From the NCBI GenBank assembly GCA_038231455.1, contig JBBRLI010000001.1, positions 288,001 to 352,000 of the forward strand: a stretch of DNA of 64,000 nucleotides. Direction: 5' to 3'. This document shows positions 9,773 through 18,616 of this stretch, piece by piece. This DNA comes from Vulcanimicrobiales bacterium (lineage in GTDB: Bacteria; Vulcanimicrobiota; Vulcanimicrobiia; Vulcanimicrobiales; Vulcanimicrobiaceae). The first letter of the stretch is position 1. The number at the start of each line of letters is the position of its first letter. Under the pieces are notes generated by a model. That model did not search any database and was not told where the DNA came from. It saw only the letters and a list, made by a program, of their open reading frames with translations. The position numbers and the translations under genes are program-made.

Positions 9773-10092
9773 TCGAGACGACGGTTCGCCTTGCGGCGGC
9801 GATCGTCTGCGATTTCCTGGCCCTTGCGATTTGGAATGTCGGGACGCGTCCGCCGGGGCAACTCGTTGCCGACATTCGTTTCGGCATCCGCACGCGAGCG
9901 ACGCTCGGTCGCGGACTCGCCGCGTTCATCTGGGGAGCGCTTCTGCTGATGCTCGGCGTGATCGCGCTTGTCCCGACCGTGCGCGCGAGCGTCCTTGGCC
10001 TCGTCGAGATCTACACCGTCGTTGCAGCACTCGTCCTCGAGCAACTGCTCGGCGAAGACCTACGCGCGCGGTTCTTGTTTCTGCGGCGCTAA
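9769..10092 (+). CDS. Small membrane protein, hypothetical
   Basis: ATGA overlap with sufU; about three hydrophobic segments. Confidence 0.65.
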   Translation: MIETTVRLAAAIVCDFLALAIWNVGTRPPGQLVADIRFGIRTRATLGRGLAAFIWGALLLMLGVIALVPTVRASVLGLVEIYTVVAALVLEQLLGEDLRARFLFLRR

Positions 10093-10539
10093 ACTCAAGT
10101 GGCGGCCTTCGTCGCATACGTCTTGCACGTCGTACGCCCGCGCAGCGTAGGTCACGCGTCCGTGCGGCGTCTCGATCGTCACGTAGACTCGGCGGCCATC
10201 CACACCGGCCGTGCGGTTTGTGATCGCAACGTCGCGCACCCTCACGAGGGGGCCAGTGATTCCGTACTGCGTCGCCGTCTTGGGCAGCGGGAGCATTAAG
10301 TCGTCCCAATGGCCAATTACGCCGCCCGAGAGCTTCGTCGTGGCGCGAATCGTCGCGCCATCCGGAACGGGAAACGCGGCGGGGGCATCGGCGATCGAAC
10401 TCACAACGCTTTCCATTGCGGTCGGCTTCGGCGCTTTCTCACCGCAGAACGTATCGACCGTCCGCGGAGCGCGAATTCGCGGTCCCGTCTGGACGCACGC
10501 GGTAAGGATCAAAAGAGAGACAACGGCTAGGACTCGCAC
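10060..10539 (-). CDS. Hypothetical lipoprotein
   Basis: GTG start; lipobox-like LILTAC; start uncertain. Confidence 0.6.
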   Translation of the reverse strand: MRVLAVVSLLILTACVQTGPRIRAPRTVDTFCGEKAPKPTAMESVVSSIADAPAAFPVPDGATIRATTKLSGGVIGHWDDLMLPLPKTATQYGITGPLVRVRDVAITNRTAGVDGRRVYVTIETPHGRVTYAARAYDVQDVCDEGRHLSLAPQKQEPRA

Positions 10540-10822
10540 TCCTCGATTTTCCGCCCAAGCAGCACGGCGCCCCGCCCGGTAAAGTCGCAAGGAGCGTCGG
10601 GAGCAGGGGCCGTCTTTCGCATAGCGATAACCAGCCGACGATGTTCGGATCGACCGACCAATCCGATTCTCCTTACCGTGCGTCTAAGGCACAACGTAAG
10701 GAAATTTCGGTTCATCGCCGTTGGCGAAAACCGCAGGGAGTTTCCACGTTTGCTTTTAATCGAAAAGCTGTTTCGTGGTGCGAATCCTCGATCGCTTGCC
10801 CAACCCAGGAAGGGGTCCTGAA

Positions 10823-12070
10823 GTGAATACTTCCGATAAACTCAACCGCGGTAAATTCCTCGGCGGCACGCTTGCTGCCGGCGCGATGGCGTTCGGCGGC
10901 GCGCCGTACGTTATGGCCGCAACCAAAGAGATCGTCATCGGTCTCAACGTCCCGCAATCCGGTTCGTACTCGGATCAAGGTCAGGATCAGCTTCGCGCGT
11001 ACAAACTCGCAATCGAAGAGATCAACAAATCCGGCGGCATCATGGGCATGCAGATCAAAGCGACGATCGGCGACGATCAAACGCTCGCACCGGTCGCAAC
11101 CGATAACGCGCGACGGATGATCGAACGAGATGGCGCAGTGATGATCACCGGCGGTTCGTCGACCGGTACGGCGAACGCCGTTTCGAGCCTCTGCCAAGAC
11201 AAGAAAACGATCTTTATGGCGGCCCTCACGCACGGTGACGATCCGACGAATGATAAGTGCCATAAGCATACCTTCCGTCGCTACATCAACGCCCACATGT
11301 CGGCAAAAGCGATGGCGACGGAGCTGATCAGCAAATACGGTGCCGGTAAGTGGTTCCATATCACGGCCGACTACTCGTGGGGCCACAGCGTGTTCGACAA
11401 CCTCACCTCGGTCGTCGAACCCAAAGGCGCCAAGACGATCAACAACGTTCTGCTCAAACTTGGAACCTCGGACTTCTCGCAAGCCCTCGGACAAGCGCAG
11501 GCAGCAAAGCCCGACGTTCTCGTCATCACCGAATTCGGCAAAGACATGGTCAACTGCCTCAATCAAGCCGCGCAGTTCGGCCTGACGAAAACGACCAAGA
11601 TCCTCGTCCCGCTCGCCGATGAGTACATGGCCAAAGGCACGGGCGACAACATGGACAACGTCGTGACGACCGCGCCGTTCTACTACAAATACCACGCTGC
11701 GAAATACCCGGCCGCGAAGAAATTCGTCAACGCGTTCATGGCCAAGTACGGTTCGCCGCCCTCGAACGGTGCCGAGTGCGCGTATACCAGCCTCTACCAG
11801 TATAAGATGGCCGTCGAACGCGCCGGTTCGATTAATCCCGACGCCGTCATCAAAGCCCTTGAGGGCCACAAATTTCAAGCCACCAAAGGCCCGGAATACT
11901 GGCGCGAGTGGGACCATCAAAGCATCAATAGCGTGCTCGTGATGGAAGGCATCCCGGTCAAAGATCGCGGCGGCGACGCCTTCGCATTCGCCAAAGTGCT
12001 CCATGAAGTCGATGGGGAATCGGTTGCGATTCCGCGTGGCGAGTCCAAGTGCAAGATCGAAGTCGCATAA
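10823..12070 (+). CDS. ABC transporter substrate-binding protein (LivK/leucine-binding family)
   Basis: Tat-like leader NRGKFLGG; IGLNVPQSG, AIEEINKSGG, ADYSWG. Confidence 0.9.
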   Translation: MNTSDKLNRGKFLGGTLAAGAMAFGGAPYVMAATKEIVIGLNVPQSGSYSDQGQDQLRAYKLAIEEINKSGGIMGMQIKATIGDDQTLAPVATDNARRMIERDGAVMITGGSSTGTANAVSSLCQDKKTIFMAALTHGDDPTNDKCHKHTFRRYINAHMSAKAMATELISKYGAGKWFHITADYSWGHSVFDNLTSVVEPKGAKTINNVLLKLGTSDFSQALGQAQAAKPDVLVITEFGKDMVNCLNQAAQFGLTKTTKILVPLADEYMAKGTGDNMDNVVTTAPFYYKYHAAKYPAAKKFVNAFMAKYGSPPSNGAECAYTSLYQYKMAVERAGSINPDAVIKALEGHKFQATKGPEYWREWDHQSINSVLVMEGIPVKDRGGDAFAFAKVLHEVDGESVAIPRGESKCKIEVA

Positions 12071-12089
12071 CCGCCCTTCGACCGTAACG

Positions 12090-12124
12090 AAAAACGGGCG
12101 TTCGCGAAAGCGGGCGCCCGTTTT
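12090..12124 (+). other. Intercistronic stem-loop after the binding-protein gene
   Basis: AAAAACGGGCGTTCGC-GAAA-GCGGGCGCCCGTTTT. Confidence 0.7.
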
Positions 12125-12186
12125 CTGCATGAACGGCCCCGTGCGGAGCCGTACTACCCGCAAAGTCCAATTCCCCGGAGACTCGT

Positions 12187-13062
12187 TTGACCGCACAAGG
12201 CTTGATCCAAGCCCTTCTCAACGGCTTCATTCTCGGTTTGATCTACGTCGCGATCGCAATCGGCTTGACGATCATTTTCGGCATGCTGCGATTGGTGAAT
12301 TTCTCGCACGGCGCATTCTACGCAATCGGTGCCTATGTCGGCCTCGTCGTGACGCAGAAATTCGGGTTCGGCGCGGGCCTGATCGCGGGGCCGATCGCCG
12401 TCGCCATCGTCGCATTCGCTTTCGACCGGTTCCTCTTGCGTTTCTTCTACGACAAGGAACCGACGTCGCAAATTCTGCTTACGTTCGGCCTCGCCGTCAT
12501 CGCCGAGGAAACGCTACGCTTGATCTTCGGGGGCACGACCCAGCAGTATCCGCTACCGGACTGGCTCAAAGGCTCGATCGCACTTGCCGGTTTACAATAT
12601 CCGGCGTATCGCATCTACATGGCCATCGCGATCGTCGCAATTGTGATCTGCGTGTGGCTCTTCATCTCGCGCACGAACTACGGACTGATCGTGCGCGCCG
12701 GGGTTCGCGATCGCACGATGGTGCAGTTGCTCGGCGGCAATGTCCGCGCCGCATCGACGATGATTTTCGCGATCGGCGCGGGACTTGCGGGCCTCGTTGG
12801 CGTTGCCGCATCGCCGATTTACAGTATCGACCCGCAGACAGGTTTTAAATTTTTGATCCCCTCCTTCGTCGTCGTGGTCATCGGCGGCCTCGGCAGTTTT
12901 TGGGGCGCGGTGGCCGGCGGTTTGATCGTGGGCGAACTCAGCGCCGTCACGACGCTCATCTATCCCGGCGCAGCCGACGTCATCATTTACGTCGCGATGG
13001 CAGCGGTGCTGCTGGTCCGTCCGCAAGGCCTCTTCGGTGAGAGCGAGGTGATCAAAGGATGA
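12187..13062 (+). CDS. livH: Branched-chain amino acid-type ABC permease (LivH-like)
   Basis: GLTIIFGMLRLVNFSHG, VVIGGLGS. Confidence 0.9.
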   Translation: MTAQGLIQALLNGFILGLIYVAIAIGLTIIFGMLRLVNFSHGAFYAIGAYVGLVVTQKFGFGAGLIAGPIAVAIVAFAFDRFLLRFFYDKEPTSQILLTFGLAVIAEETLRLIFGGTTQQYPLPDWLKGSIALAGLQYPAYRIYMAIAIVAIVICVWLFISRTNYGLIVRAGVRDRTMVQLLGGNVRAASTMIFAIGAGLAGLVGVAASPIYSIDPQTGFKFLIPSFVVVVIGGLGSFWGAVAGGLIVGELSAVTTLIYPGAADVIIYVAMAAVLLVRPQGLFGESEVIKG

Positions 13063-14147
13063 GCTCGTCACCATCGATGCTCGAAGCGACACCAACTCGC
13101 GCCATGCGGCGGGGCGGCGATCTTGCGTTCTATCTCTGGACGGCAGTCGGGCTCGTCCTCTTCCCATTCATCTTCCGCTTGCCGATCTTCAATGGTTACG
13201 GTGGCCTTGCAACGCAGATTTTGATCGTTGGAATAGCCGCAATCGGATTCAATCTCTTACTTGGTTATGCCGGACAACTCTCGTACGGTCACGCTGCGTT
13301 CTTCGGACTTGGCGCTTACGGCGCTGGTCTCACCGTGCTTAAATTTTTTCCCCAGGCGCACAGCTTCGGACTTGCCGTGATCTCCGGCGTCTTCATCGCA
13401 ACGCTCGCCGCTTTTATCATCGGCTCGCTTGTCGTCCGTCTGTACGGCATCTACTTTGCGCTACTGACCGTCGCGTTCGCGCAAATGGTGTATTTCGTTG
13501 TCTTCCAATGGCGCGACCTCACCAGCGGCGACGATGGCTTACAGAGCATCGGCACGCCCGCCGTCAATTTTGGGTTTACAAAGGTCGATCTCACCTCAAC
13601 GCTGCCCGCGTTCCCACTCGGACCATTCGGCGACTTGAGTGAGATTAAACTCTGGTATATCATGTCGGCCGTCATCATGTACTTGGTGCTCGCGTTCGTG
13701 CGCACGCTCGTCCGCTCGCAGTTCGGCGAAGTCCTCGAGGCGATTCGCGAAAACGAAGAACGATCGATCTTCGTCGGATTCGACCCGCGTCGCTATAAGC
13801 TCGCGGCGTTCGTCATCTCCGGTGCGCTCTGCGGTCTTGCGGGCGCGCTCCGTGCTCTCTACGACGGTTCGGCCGCGATCGATACGCTCACGGTCGAACA
13901 GAGCGGCGCGTTCGTTATCTATACCGTCGTCGGCGGCGTGGGAACGATCTTCGGGCCACTCGTTGGGACGGGTGTCATTATGTGGCTTGAAAACATCGTC
14001 AGCGCGAAGACCGGCGCATGGCGGCTCATTGAAGGCATCATCTTCGTTGCGGTGATCGTGTTCTTGCCGAACGGCGTGATCGGCACGTTCATCAAAAAAG
14101 GCAAAGGGAAATTCGATCTCTTCGCAACGCTGCGAGGCAAAAAATGA
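13059..14147 (+). CDS. livM: ABC permease (LivM-like)
   Basis: GYAGQLSYGHAAFFG, AIRENEER. Confidence 0.9.
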   Translation: MSSSPSMLEATPTRAMRRGGDLAFYLWTAVGLVLFPFIFRLPIFNGYGGLATQILIVGIAAIGFNLLLGYAGQLSYGHAAFFGLGAYGAGLTVLKFFPQAHSFGLAVISGVFIATLAAFIIGSLVVRLYGIYFALLTVAFAQMVYFVVFQWRDLTSGDDGLQSIGTPAVNFGFTKVDLTSTLPAFPLGPFGDLSEIKLWYIMSAVIMYLVLAFVRTLVRSQFGEVLEAIRENEERSIFVGFDPRRYKLAAFVISGALCGLAGALRALYDGSAAIDTLTVEQSGAFVIYTVVGGVGTIFGPLVGTGVIMWLENIVSAKTGAWRLIEGIIFVAVIVFLPNGVIGTFIKKGKGKFDLFATLRGKK

Positions 14148-14914
14148 GCGAGATGATTCTGCAGACCAAGGGCCTGGGAAAGCGGTTCGGCCACTTTGCG
14201 GCCAATGCCGAGATCGACTTTGCGGTGCGTGCGGGCGAATTGCGCGCCGTCATCGGGCCCAACGGCGCGGGCAAAACGACGTTCTTCAACTTGCTCTCGG
14301 GCATCACGCTGCCGAGCGACGGCACGATCACCTACAAAGGCAACGACATCAGCATGGCCGGCGGACCGGCGCGCGTGCGGCTCGGCATCGCCAAGGCGTT
14401 CCAAACCGCCAATATCTACTCCGATCAGACCGTCGGCCAGAACGTCCGTCTAGCGGCGCTTGCGCGCGTACAAGGCTCGTTTGCACTGCAAGTCTTCCGC
14501 CGCTCGGGGCGCCTGGGCAAGGTCGATGAGATCGCTGAGCGCGCGCTCGAACGCGTGGAACTGGGCGAGATGATGCACACGCGCGCGGGCGATCTCTCGC
14601 ACGGGGATAAGAAGCGGCTCGATATCGCAATCGCCCTTGCCACCGAGCCCGAGATCCTGCTGCTCGACGAGCCGGTCGCGGGAATGTCGATCGACGAATC
14701 GCGCCGCACCGAGCAGCTCATTAAAAAACTCGCCGCCGAAATGACCGTGCTCATCATCGAACACGACATGGAAATGATCATGGGCATATCCGACTCGATC
14801 ACGGTGCTGCACCAAGGCAAGGTTCTTGCAAACGGCACCCCAGCCGAAATTCGCGCCAGCAAAACCGTCCAAGATGCCTATCTTGGCGGCCATTCAGAAT
14901 CAGAGATCGCATGA
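14144..14914 (+). CDS. livG: ABC ATP-binding protein (LivG-like)
   Basis: GPNGAGKTT, LSHGD, LLLDEP, IEHDM. Confidence 0.9.
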   Translation: MSEMILQTKGLGKRFGHFAANAEIDFAVRAGELRAVIGPNGAGKTTFFNLLSGITLPSDGTITYKGNDISMAGGPARVRLGIAKAFQTANIYSDQTVGQNVRLAALARVQGSFALQVFRRSGRLGKVDEIAERALERVELGEMMHTRAGDLSHGDKKRLDIAIALATEPEILLLDEPVAGMSIDESRRTEQLIKKLAAEMTVLIIEHDMEMIMGISDSITVLHQGKVLANGTPAEIRASKTVQDAYLGGHSESEIA

Positions 14915-15630
14915 TCGCCGCACCAGCGGCGCGACGACTGGTCGTTGAAAACCTCAATGCCTATTACGGTGATAGCCATATCTTGCGCGACATCTCACTC
15001 GAGATCGGAATCGGCGAAACCGTCGCGCTTTTGGGCCGGAACGGTGTCGGCAAAACAACGACCCTCAAATCGATCGTCGGCTGGGTCACGCCGCGTTCGG
15101 GTAGCGTTAAGCTCGACGGCGTGGACGTCGCCGGACACGATATGATGGAAGTTGCGCGCAAAGGGATCTCGCTCGTCCCCGAAGAGCGCCGCATCTTCAC
15201 GAACCTCACGGTCGCCGAGAACCTGAAACTCGCGCAAGTGACCGCACGCAAAGCCGGTTGGTCGCTCGATCGCGTGTACGAAAAATTTCCGCGCCTGCGC
15301 GAACGCCTCACGCACAAGGGCGATGAAATTTCGGGCGGCGAGAAACAGATGCTCGCAATCGCGCGCGCACTCGTTCAAGACACCAAACTGCTCTTACTCG
15401 ACGAACCCTCCGAAGGACTCGCGCCGCTGATCGTGCGCGAAGTCGAGCAGATCATCCGGGAAATCAAGGCAGACGGGATGACGATTTTGCTGGTCGAGCA
15501 GAACCTCTACTCCGCGCTCTCCGTCGCCGACCGCGCGTACGTGATCGACCAAGGCTCGATCCGCTGGACCGGAACGCCGGATGAGCTCCGTGGCAACCAC
15601 GAGGTTTTGAGCCGATATCTGCACGTTTAG
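14911..15630 (+). CDS. livF: ABC ATP-binding protein (LivF-like)
   Basis: GRNGVGKTT, SGGEKQMLAIARAL, LLVEQN. Confidence 0.9.
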   Translation: MIAAPAARRLVVENLNAYYGDSHILRDISLEIGIGETVALLGRNGVGKTTTLKSIVGWVTPRSGSVKLDGVDVAGHDMMEVARKGISLVPEERRIFTNLTVAENLKLAQVTARKAGWSLDRVYEKFPRLRERLTHKGDEISGGEKQMLAIARALVQDTKLLLLDEPSEGLAPLIVREVEQIIREIKADGMTILLVEQNLYSALSVADRAYVIDQGSIRWTGTPDELRGNHEVLSRYLHV

Positions 15631-15641
15631 AAGAACGAATG

Positions 15642-15672
15642 AAAAACGACGGCCGCGTGCCGCCGTTTTTTT
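15642..15672 (+). terminator. Intrinsic terminator
   Basis: AAAAACGACGG...CCGCCGTTTTTTT. Confidence 0.65.
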
Positions 15673-15687
15673 GTTCATATATATTAC

Positions 15688-15717
15688 TTGACAGTTATAT
15701 TACCATACGGTAATATA
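15688..15717 (+). promoter_or_regulatory. Sigma70 promoter with overlapping palindromic operator (probable ArsR autoregulation)
   Basis: TTGACA-N17-TAATAT; TATATTACC-ATAC-GGTAATATA at 15696-15717. Confidence 0.85.
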
Positions 15718-15722
15718 TTGGC

Positions 15723-16022
15723 ATGAGTCCGTTTGAAGCAATCGCCGAACCGAGCCGCCGCAAGTTGCTCGATTTACTCCGTAGCGGGGAACGGCCGGCC
15801 GGCGAGCTCGTGGAGGCGATGGGTCTTAGCCAGCCCGGCGTCTCGAAGCACCTCAAACTCTTACGGGAGGCGGGCCTCGTGAGCGTCCGTGCGGACGGCC
15901 AACGCCGACTCTATCGGCTCGAAGCCCGCGAACTCGCCACCCTCGACACGTGGCTTCAACCCTTCAGGCACTTCTGGTCCGCGCGCCTCGACGCGCTCGA
16001 CGAACATTTGGAGAAAGAATGA
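15723..16022 (+). CDS. ArsR/SmtB family transcriptional regulator
   Basis: AIAEPSRRKLL, SQPGVSKHLKLLREAGLV, RLYRL. Confidence 0.92.
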   Translation: MSPFEAIAEPSRRKLLDLLRSGERPAGELVEAMGLSQPGVSKHLKLLREAGLVSVRADGQRRLYRLEARELATLDTWLQPFRHFWSARLDALDEHLEKE

Positions 16023-16549
16023 TGACGAACGAGATGTACGCAGACGGCCTTGGCGCGGTCACCCTCACCGACGAAGCCGTGCAGGTCGTCTTCCATCGGC
16101 GCTACGCCAAGCCGATCGAGCAGGTCTGGGCCGCGATCACCGCACCCGAGCGCCTCGCCGATTGGCTCGCAGCGGCCGAGATCGACATGAAGCCGGGCGG
16201 CACGATTAAGCTTAGCTGGCACGATGGTGCTTACACGATGGAAGGCCGTGTGACCGATTGCGATCCTCCGCATGTCTTCGCGTGGACCTGGCCACTCGAC
16301 GGCCGCGATACCCACGTGCGTTTCGAACTGCAATCCGAACGTGATGGCTGCTTGTTAACGCTAACGCACTCGGGCTTGAGCACGCACAAAGGCGCGTCGG
16401 GAAGCGGCGTCCGTGCCGGGTGGCACGCACATTTGGAAGGGCTGCCCGAAGCAATCGAGGGCCGCGCTACGCCGTGGGCAACCAAAGAGGCGCGCGAAGA
16501 TGCGATCGACACGCTCTATCCCCCGCTTAGCGAGGGGACGAAACGATGA
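16019..16549 (+). CDS. SRPBCC/AHSA1 domain protein
   Basis: VWAAITAPERLADW, GWHAHLE; ATGA overlap. Confidence 0.88.
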   Translation: MMTNEMYADGLGAVTLTDEAVQVVFHRRYAKPIEQVWAAITAPERLADWLAAAEIDMKPGGTIKLSWHDGAYTMEGRVTDCDPPHVFAWTWPLDGRDTHVRFELQSERDGCLLTLTHSGLSTHKGASGSGVRAGWHAHLEGLPEAIEGRATPWATKEAREDAIDTLYPPLSEGTKR

Positions 16550-17319
16550 TGAACGACATCAAGACGGGCACACGCGACGAATGGCTGGCGGCTCGATTGA
16601 AACTGCTCGATGCTGAAAAAGCGCACGTGCGCCAAAGCGATCGGTTGGCACAGCAACGCCGCGCGCTGCCGTGGGTGCGAATCGACAAGCCGTATCGCTT
16701 CGATACCGACGAGGGCAGCGCAACGCTGGCGGATCTTTTCCGCGGCCGTTCGCAAGTGCTGATTTACGATTTCATGTTTGGCCCGGACTATGCGGCGGGA
16801 TGCCCGTCGTGCTCGGCGATCGCCGATGGGTTCGACGGTTTCGCCGTCCACCTCGCCAATCACGACGTGATGCTCTGGGCGGCATCGCGCGCGCCGCTCG
16901 CAAAACTACAGACGTACAAAAAGCGGATGGGATGGACGTTTCCCTGGGCATCCTCGCTTTCGAGCGATTTCAATTTCGATTTCAACGTCTCGATCACCGA
17001 AGAGAAACAGCGGGCCGGCGCATTCGAGTACAACTACGAACCCGGCTTCGCAATGAACGCGCAAGACGTACCGGACTTTATCAAGCCGGTTGCGGCGGGA
17101 TGCGGAACGGACGCGCTCACGTACATGCGCGAGAAGCCCGGCATGTCGGCATTTGCGCTCGAGAACGGCATTGTTTATCACACCTATTCGACGTATGGTC
17201 GCGGACTCGACGGCCTCTGGGGCATGTATCAGTGGCTCGACCGCACGCCCAAAGGCCGCAATGAAGAGCATCTCGATCACATGTGGTGGAGGCGCCACGA
17301 TGAATACAACGGCGCGTAA
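16546..17319 (+). CDS. DUF899 thioredoxin-like protein
   Basis: WLAARLKLLDAEK, RRALPWV, GCPSCS, LDRTPKGRNE. Confidence 0.9.
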   Translation: MMNDIKTGTRDEWLAARLKLLDAEKAHVRQSDRLAQQRRALPWVRIDKPYRFDTDEGSATLADLFRGRSQVLIYDFMFGPDYAAGCPSCSAIADGFDGFAVHLANHDVMLWAASRAPLAKLQTYKKRMGWTFPWASSLSSDFNFDFNVSITEEKQRAGAFEYNYEPGFAMNAQDVPDFIKPVAAGCGTDALTYMREKPGMSAFALENGIVYHTYSTYGRGLDGLWGMYQWLDRTPKGRNEEHLDHMWWRRHDEYNGA

Positions 17320-17947
17320 AGCGCCGGCGGCGGCTGCGCTTGCGATCGCCGGCGTTGCAGCCGGTGCGTGGATCGTCACGGTGCAGCAAATGGCCGCGAT
17401 GGATATGGGGGTGCAGACCGAGCTTGGCTCGTTCACGAACTTCATCGCGGTTTGGGCCGTCATGATGGCGGCGATGATGCTCCCAGGGGTTATCCCCGCG
17501 GTACAACGCAGCGCTCATCTCCGGCATCGCGCACACGCAGCCGTCCTGTTTGTCGGGTCCTACCTCATCGTATGGGCGCTCGTCGGCGTCGTGGTGTTTG
17601 CACTTTATCGTCCGCACGACACACTTACGGCCGCTGCATTGACGATCGCGGCGGGGATCTACGAATTCGCACCGCTCAAAAGCGATTTTCGCCGCCGCTG
17701 CAACGAGGCTGTCGAGTCCGGACTAACCTTCGGACTGTGCTGCGTGGGTTCGAATATCGGGCTGATGCTGGTGCTGATCGCGGTCGGCATGATGAGCATC
17801 ACCTGGATGTGCATCATCAGCATCGTAATGCTCGCCCAGAAACTTCTCCCGCCGCGCGCCGCCCGCGATACACCCGTGGCGCTGGCAACAATCGGACTCG
17901 GAATCCTGATCCTTCTCGCACCGATGACGATTCCCGGACTCAATTAA
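17300..17947 (+). CDS. DUF2182 predicted metal-binding membrane protein
   Basis: WAVMMAAMMLP, YEFAPLK, CCVGS, VGMMSITWM. Confidence 0.85.
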   Translation: MNTTARKAPAAAALAIAGVAAGAWIVTVQQMAAMDMGVQTELGSFTNFIAVWAVMMAAMMLPGVIPAVQRSAHLRHRAHAAVLFVGSYLIVWALVGVVVFALYRPHDTLTAAALTIAAGIYEFAPLKSDFRRRCNEAVESGLTFGLCCVGSNIGLMLVLIAVGMMSITWMCIISIVMLAQKLLPPRAARDTPVALATIGLGILILLAPMTIPGLN

Positions 17948-17950
17948 ACA

Positions 17951-17982
17951 AAAAAAGGGCGCCCGCGAAGGCGCTCTTTCTT
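17951..17982. terminator. Bidirectional intrinsic terminator
   Basis: AAAAAAGGGCGCC-CGCGAA-GGCGCTCTTTCTT between convergent genes. Confidence 0.7.
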
Positions 17983-17994
17983 GTCGCGTTTTGT

Positions 17995-18552
17995 TTACGC
18001 GCGCAGCGGATCGATCTCGCCGCAGGCGATGCGCCCACCACTGCCACCGTTCGGAGCCGGTGTATCGCTGTAGTTGTCTTCGTTCATGTGGATCACAATC
18101 GCGCGTCCGACGATCGTGTTGGGACCCGTCACGTCGAGTCCCTTCGCGTACGTCGTGAGTCCGCCGTTGCCGTCGGGATAGACCATGATCGTCGGGAGAT
18201 CGCCGGCGTGGCCTCCGCCATCGGGGCCTTTGTGCATCTTGGTCATGTTGGGATCGAAGTGCGGCCCGGCCGCGCCGAACGGGGTCGCGACGCCTTGCGT
18301 GTCGCGAAGCGGATTGCACGAACCGACTTCATGCACGTGCAGACCGTGGACGCCCGGCGCCATGTCATGCAGCGAGATATGTATTTGCGTGCCGCCTTGC
18401 CGAATGCCGACAAAACGCGCGTTTCCGACTTCTTTTCCGGCCGCATCTTTGATGACGGCCTCGAAGGTGGGGCGCCGTTCGACCGGCTGCGCGGATGCCG
18501 CGCTCATTCCTAAGGCGAACACCGCCGCTGCGGCAACGAAAAGTCTACGCAC
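17995..18552 (-). CDS. sodC: Cu/Zn superoxide dismutase, exported
   Basis: Signal peptide; HGLHVHE, GPHFDP, HAGDLP, GGRIACG. Confidence 0.93.
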   Translation of the reverse strand: MRRLFVAAAAVFALGMSAASAQPVERRPTFEAVIKDAAGKEVGNARFVGIRQGGTQIHISLHDMAPGVHGLHVHEVGSCNPLRDTQGVATPFGAAGPHFDPNMTKMHKGPDGGGHAGDLPTIMVYPDGNGGLTTYAKGLDVTGPNTIVGRAIVIHMNEDNYSDTPAPNGGSGGRIACGEIDPLRA

Positions 18553-18616
18553 AAAAACACTCCTTCAACAAAGGTCGCTTGGGGACGCCTTCGCGTAGAC
18601 CCCTGGGCTTCCTACT

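Noticed and set aside
10712-12196. 494-aa minus-strand ORF, and similar long shadows at 60325-61641, 36956-38578 and 62764-63807
   Set aside because: These are antisense to well-supported genes and have no motifs, as expected in high-GC DNA.
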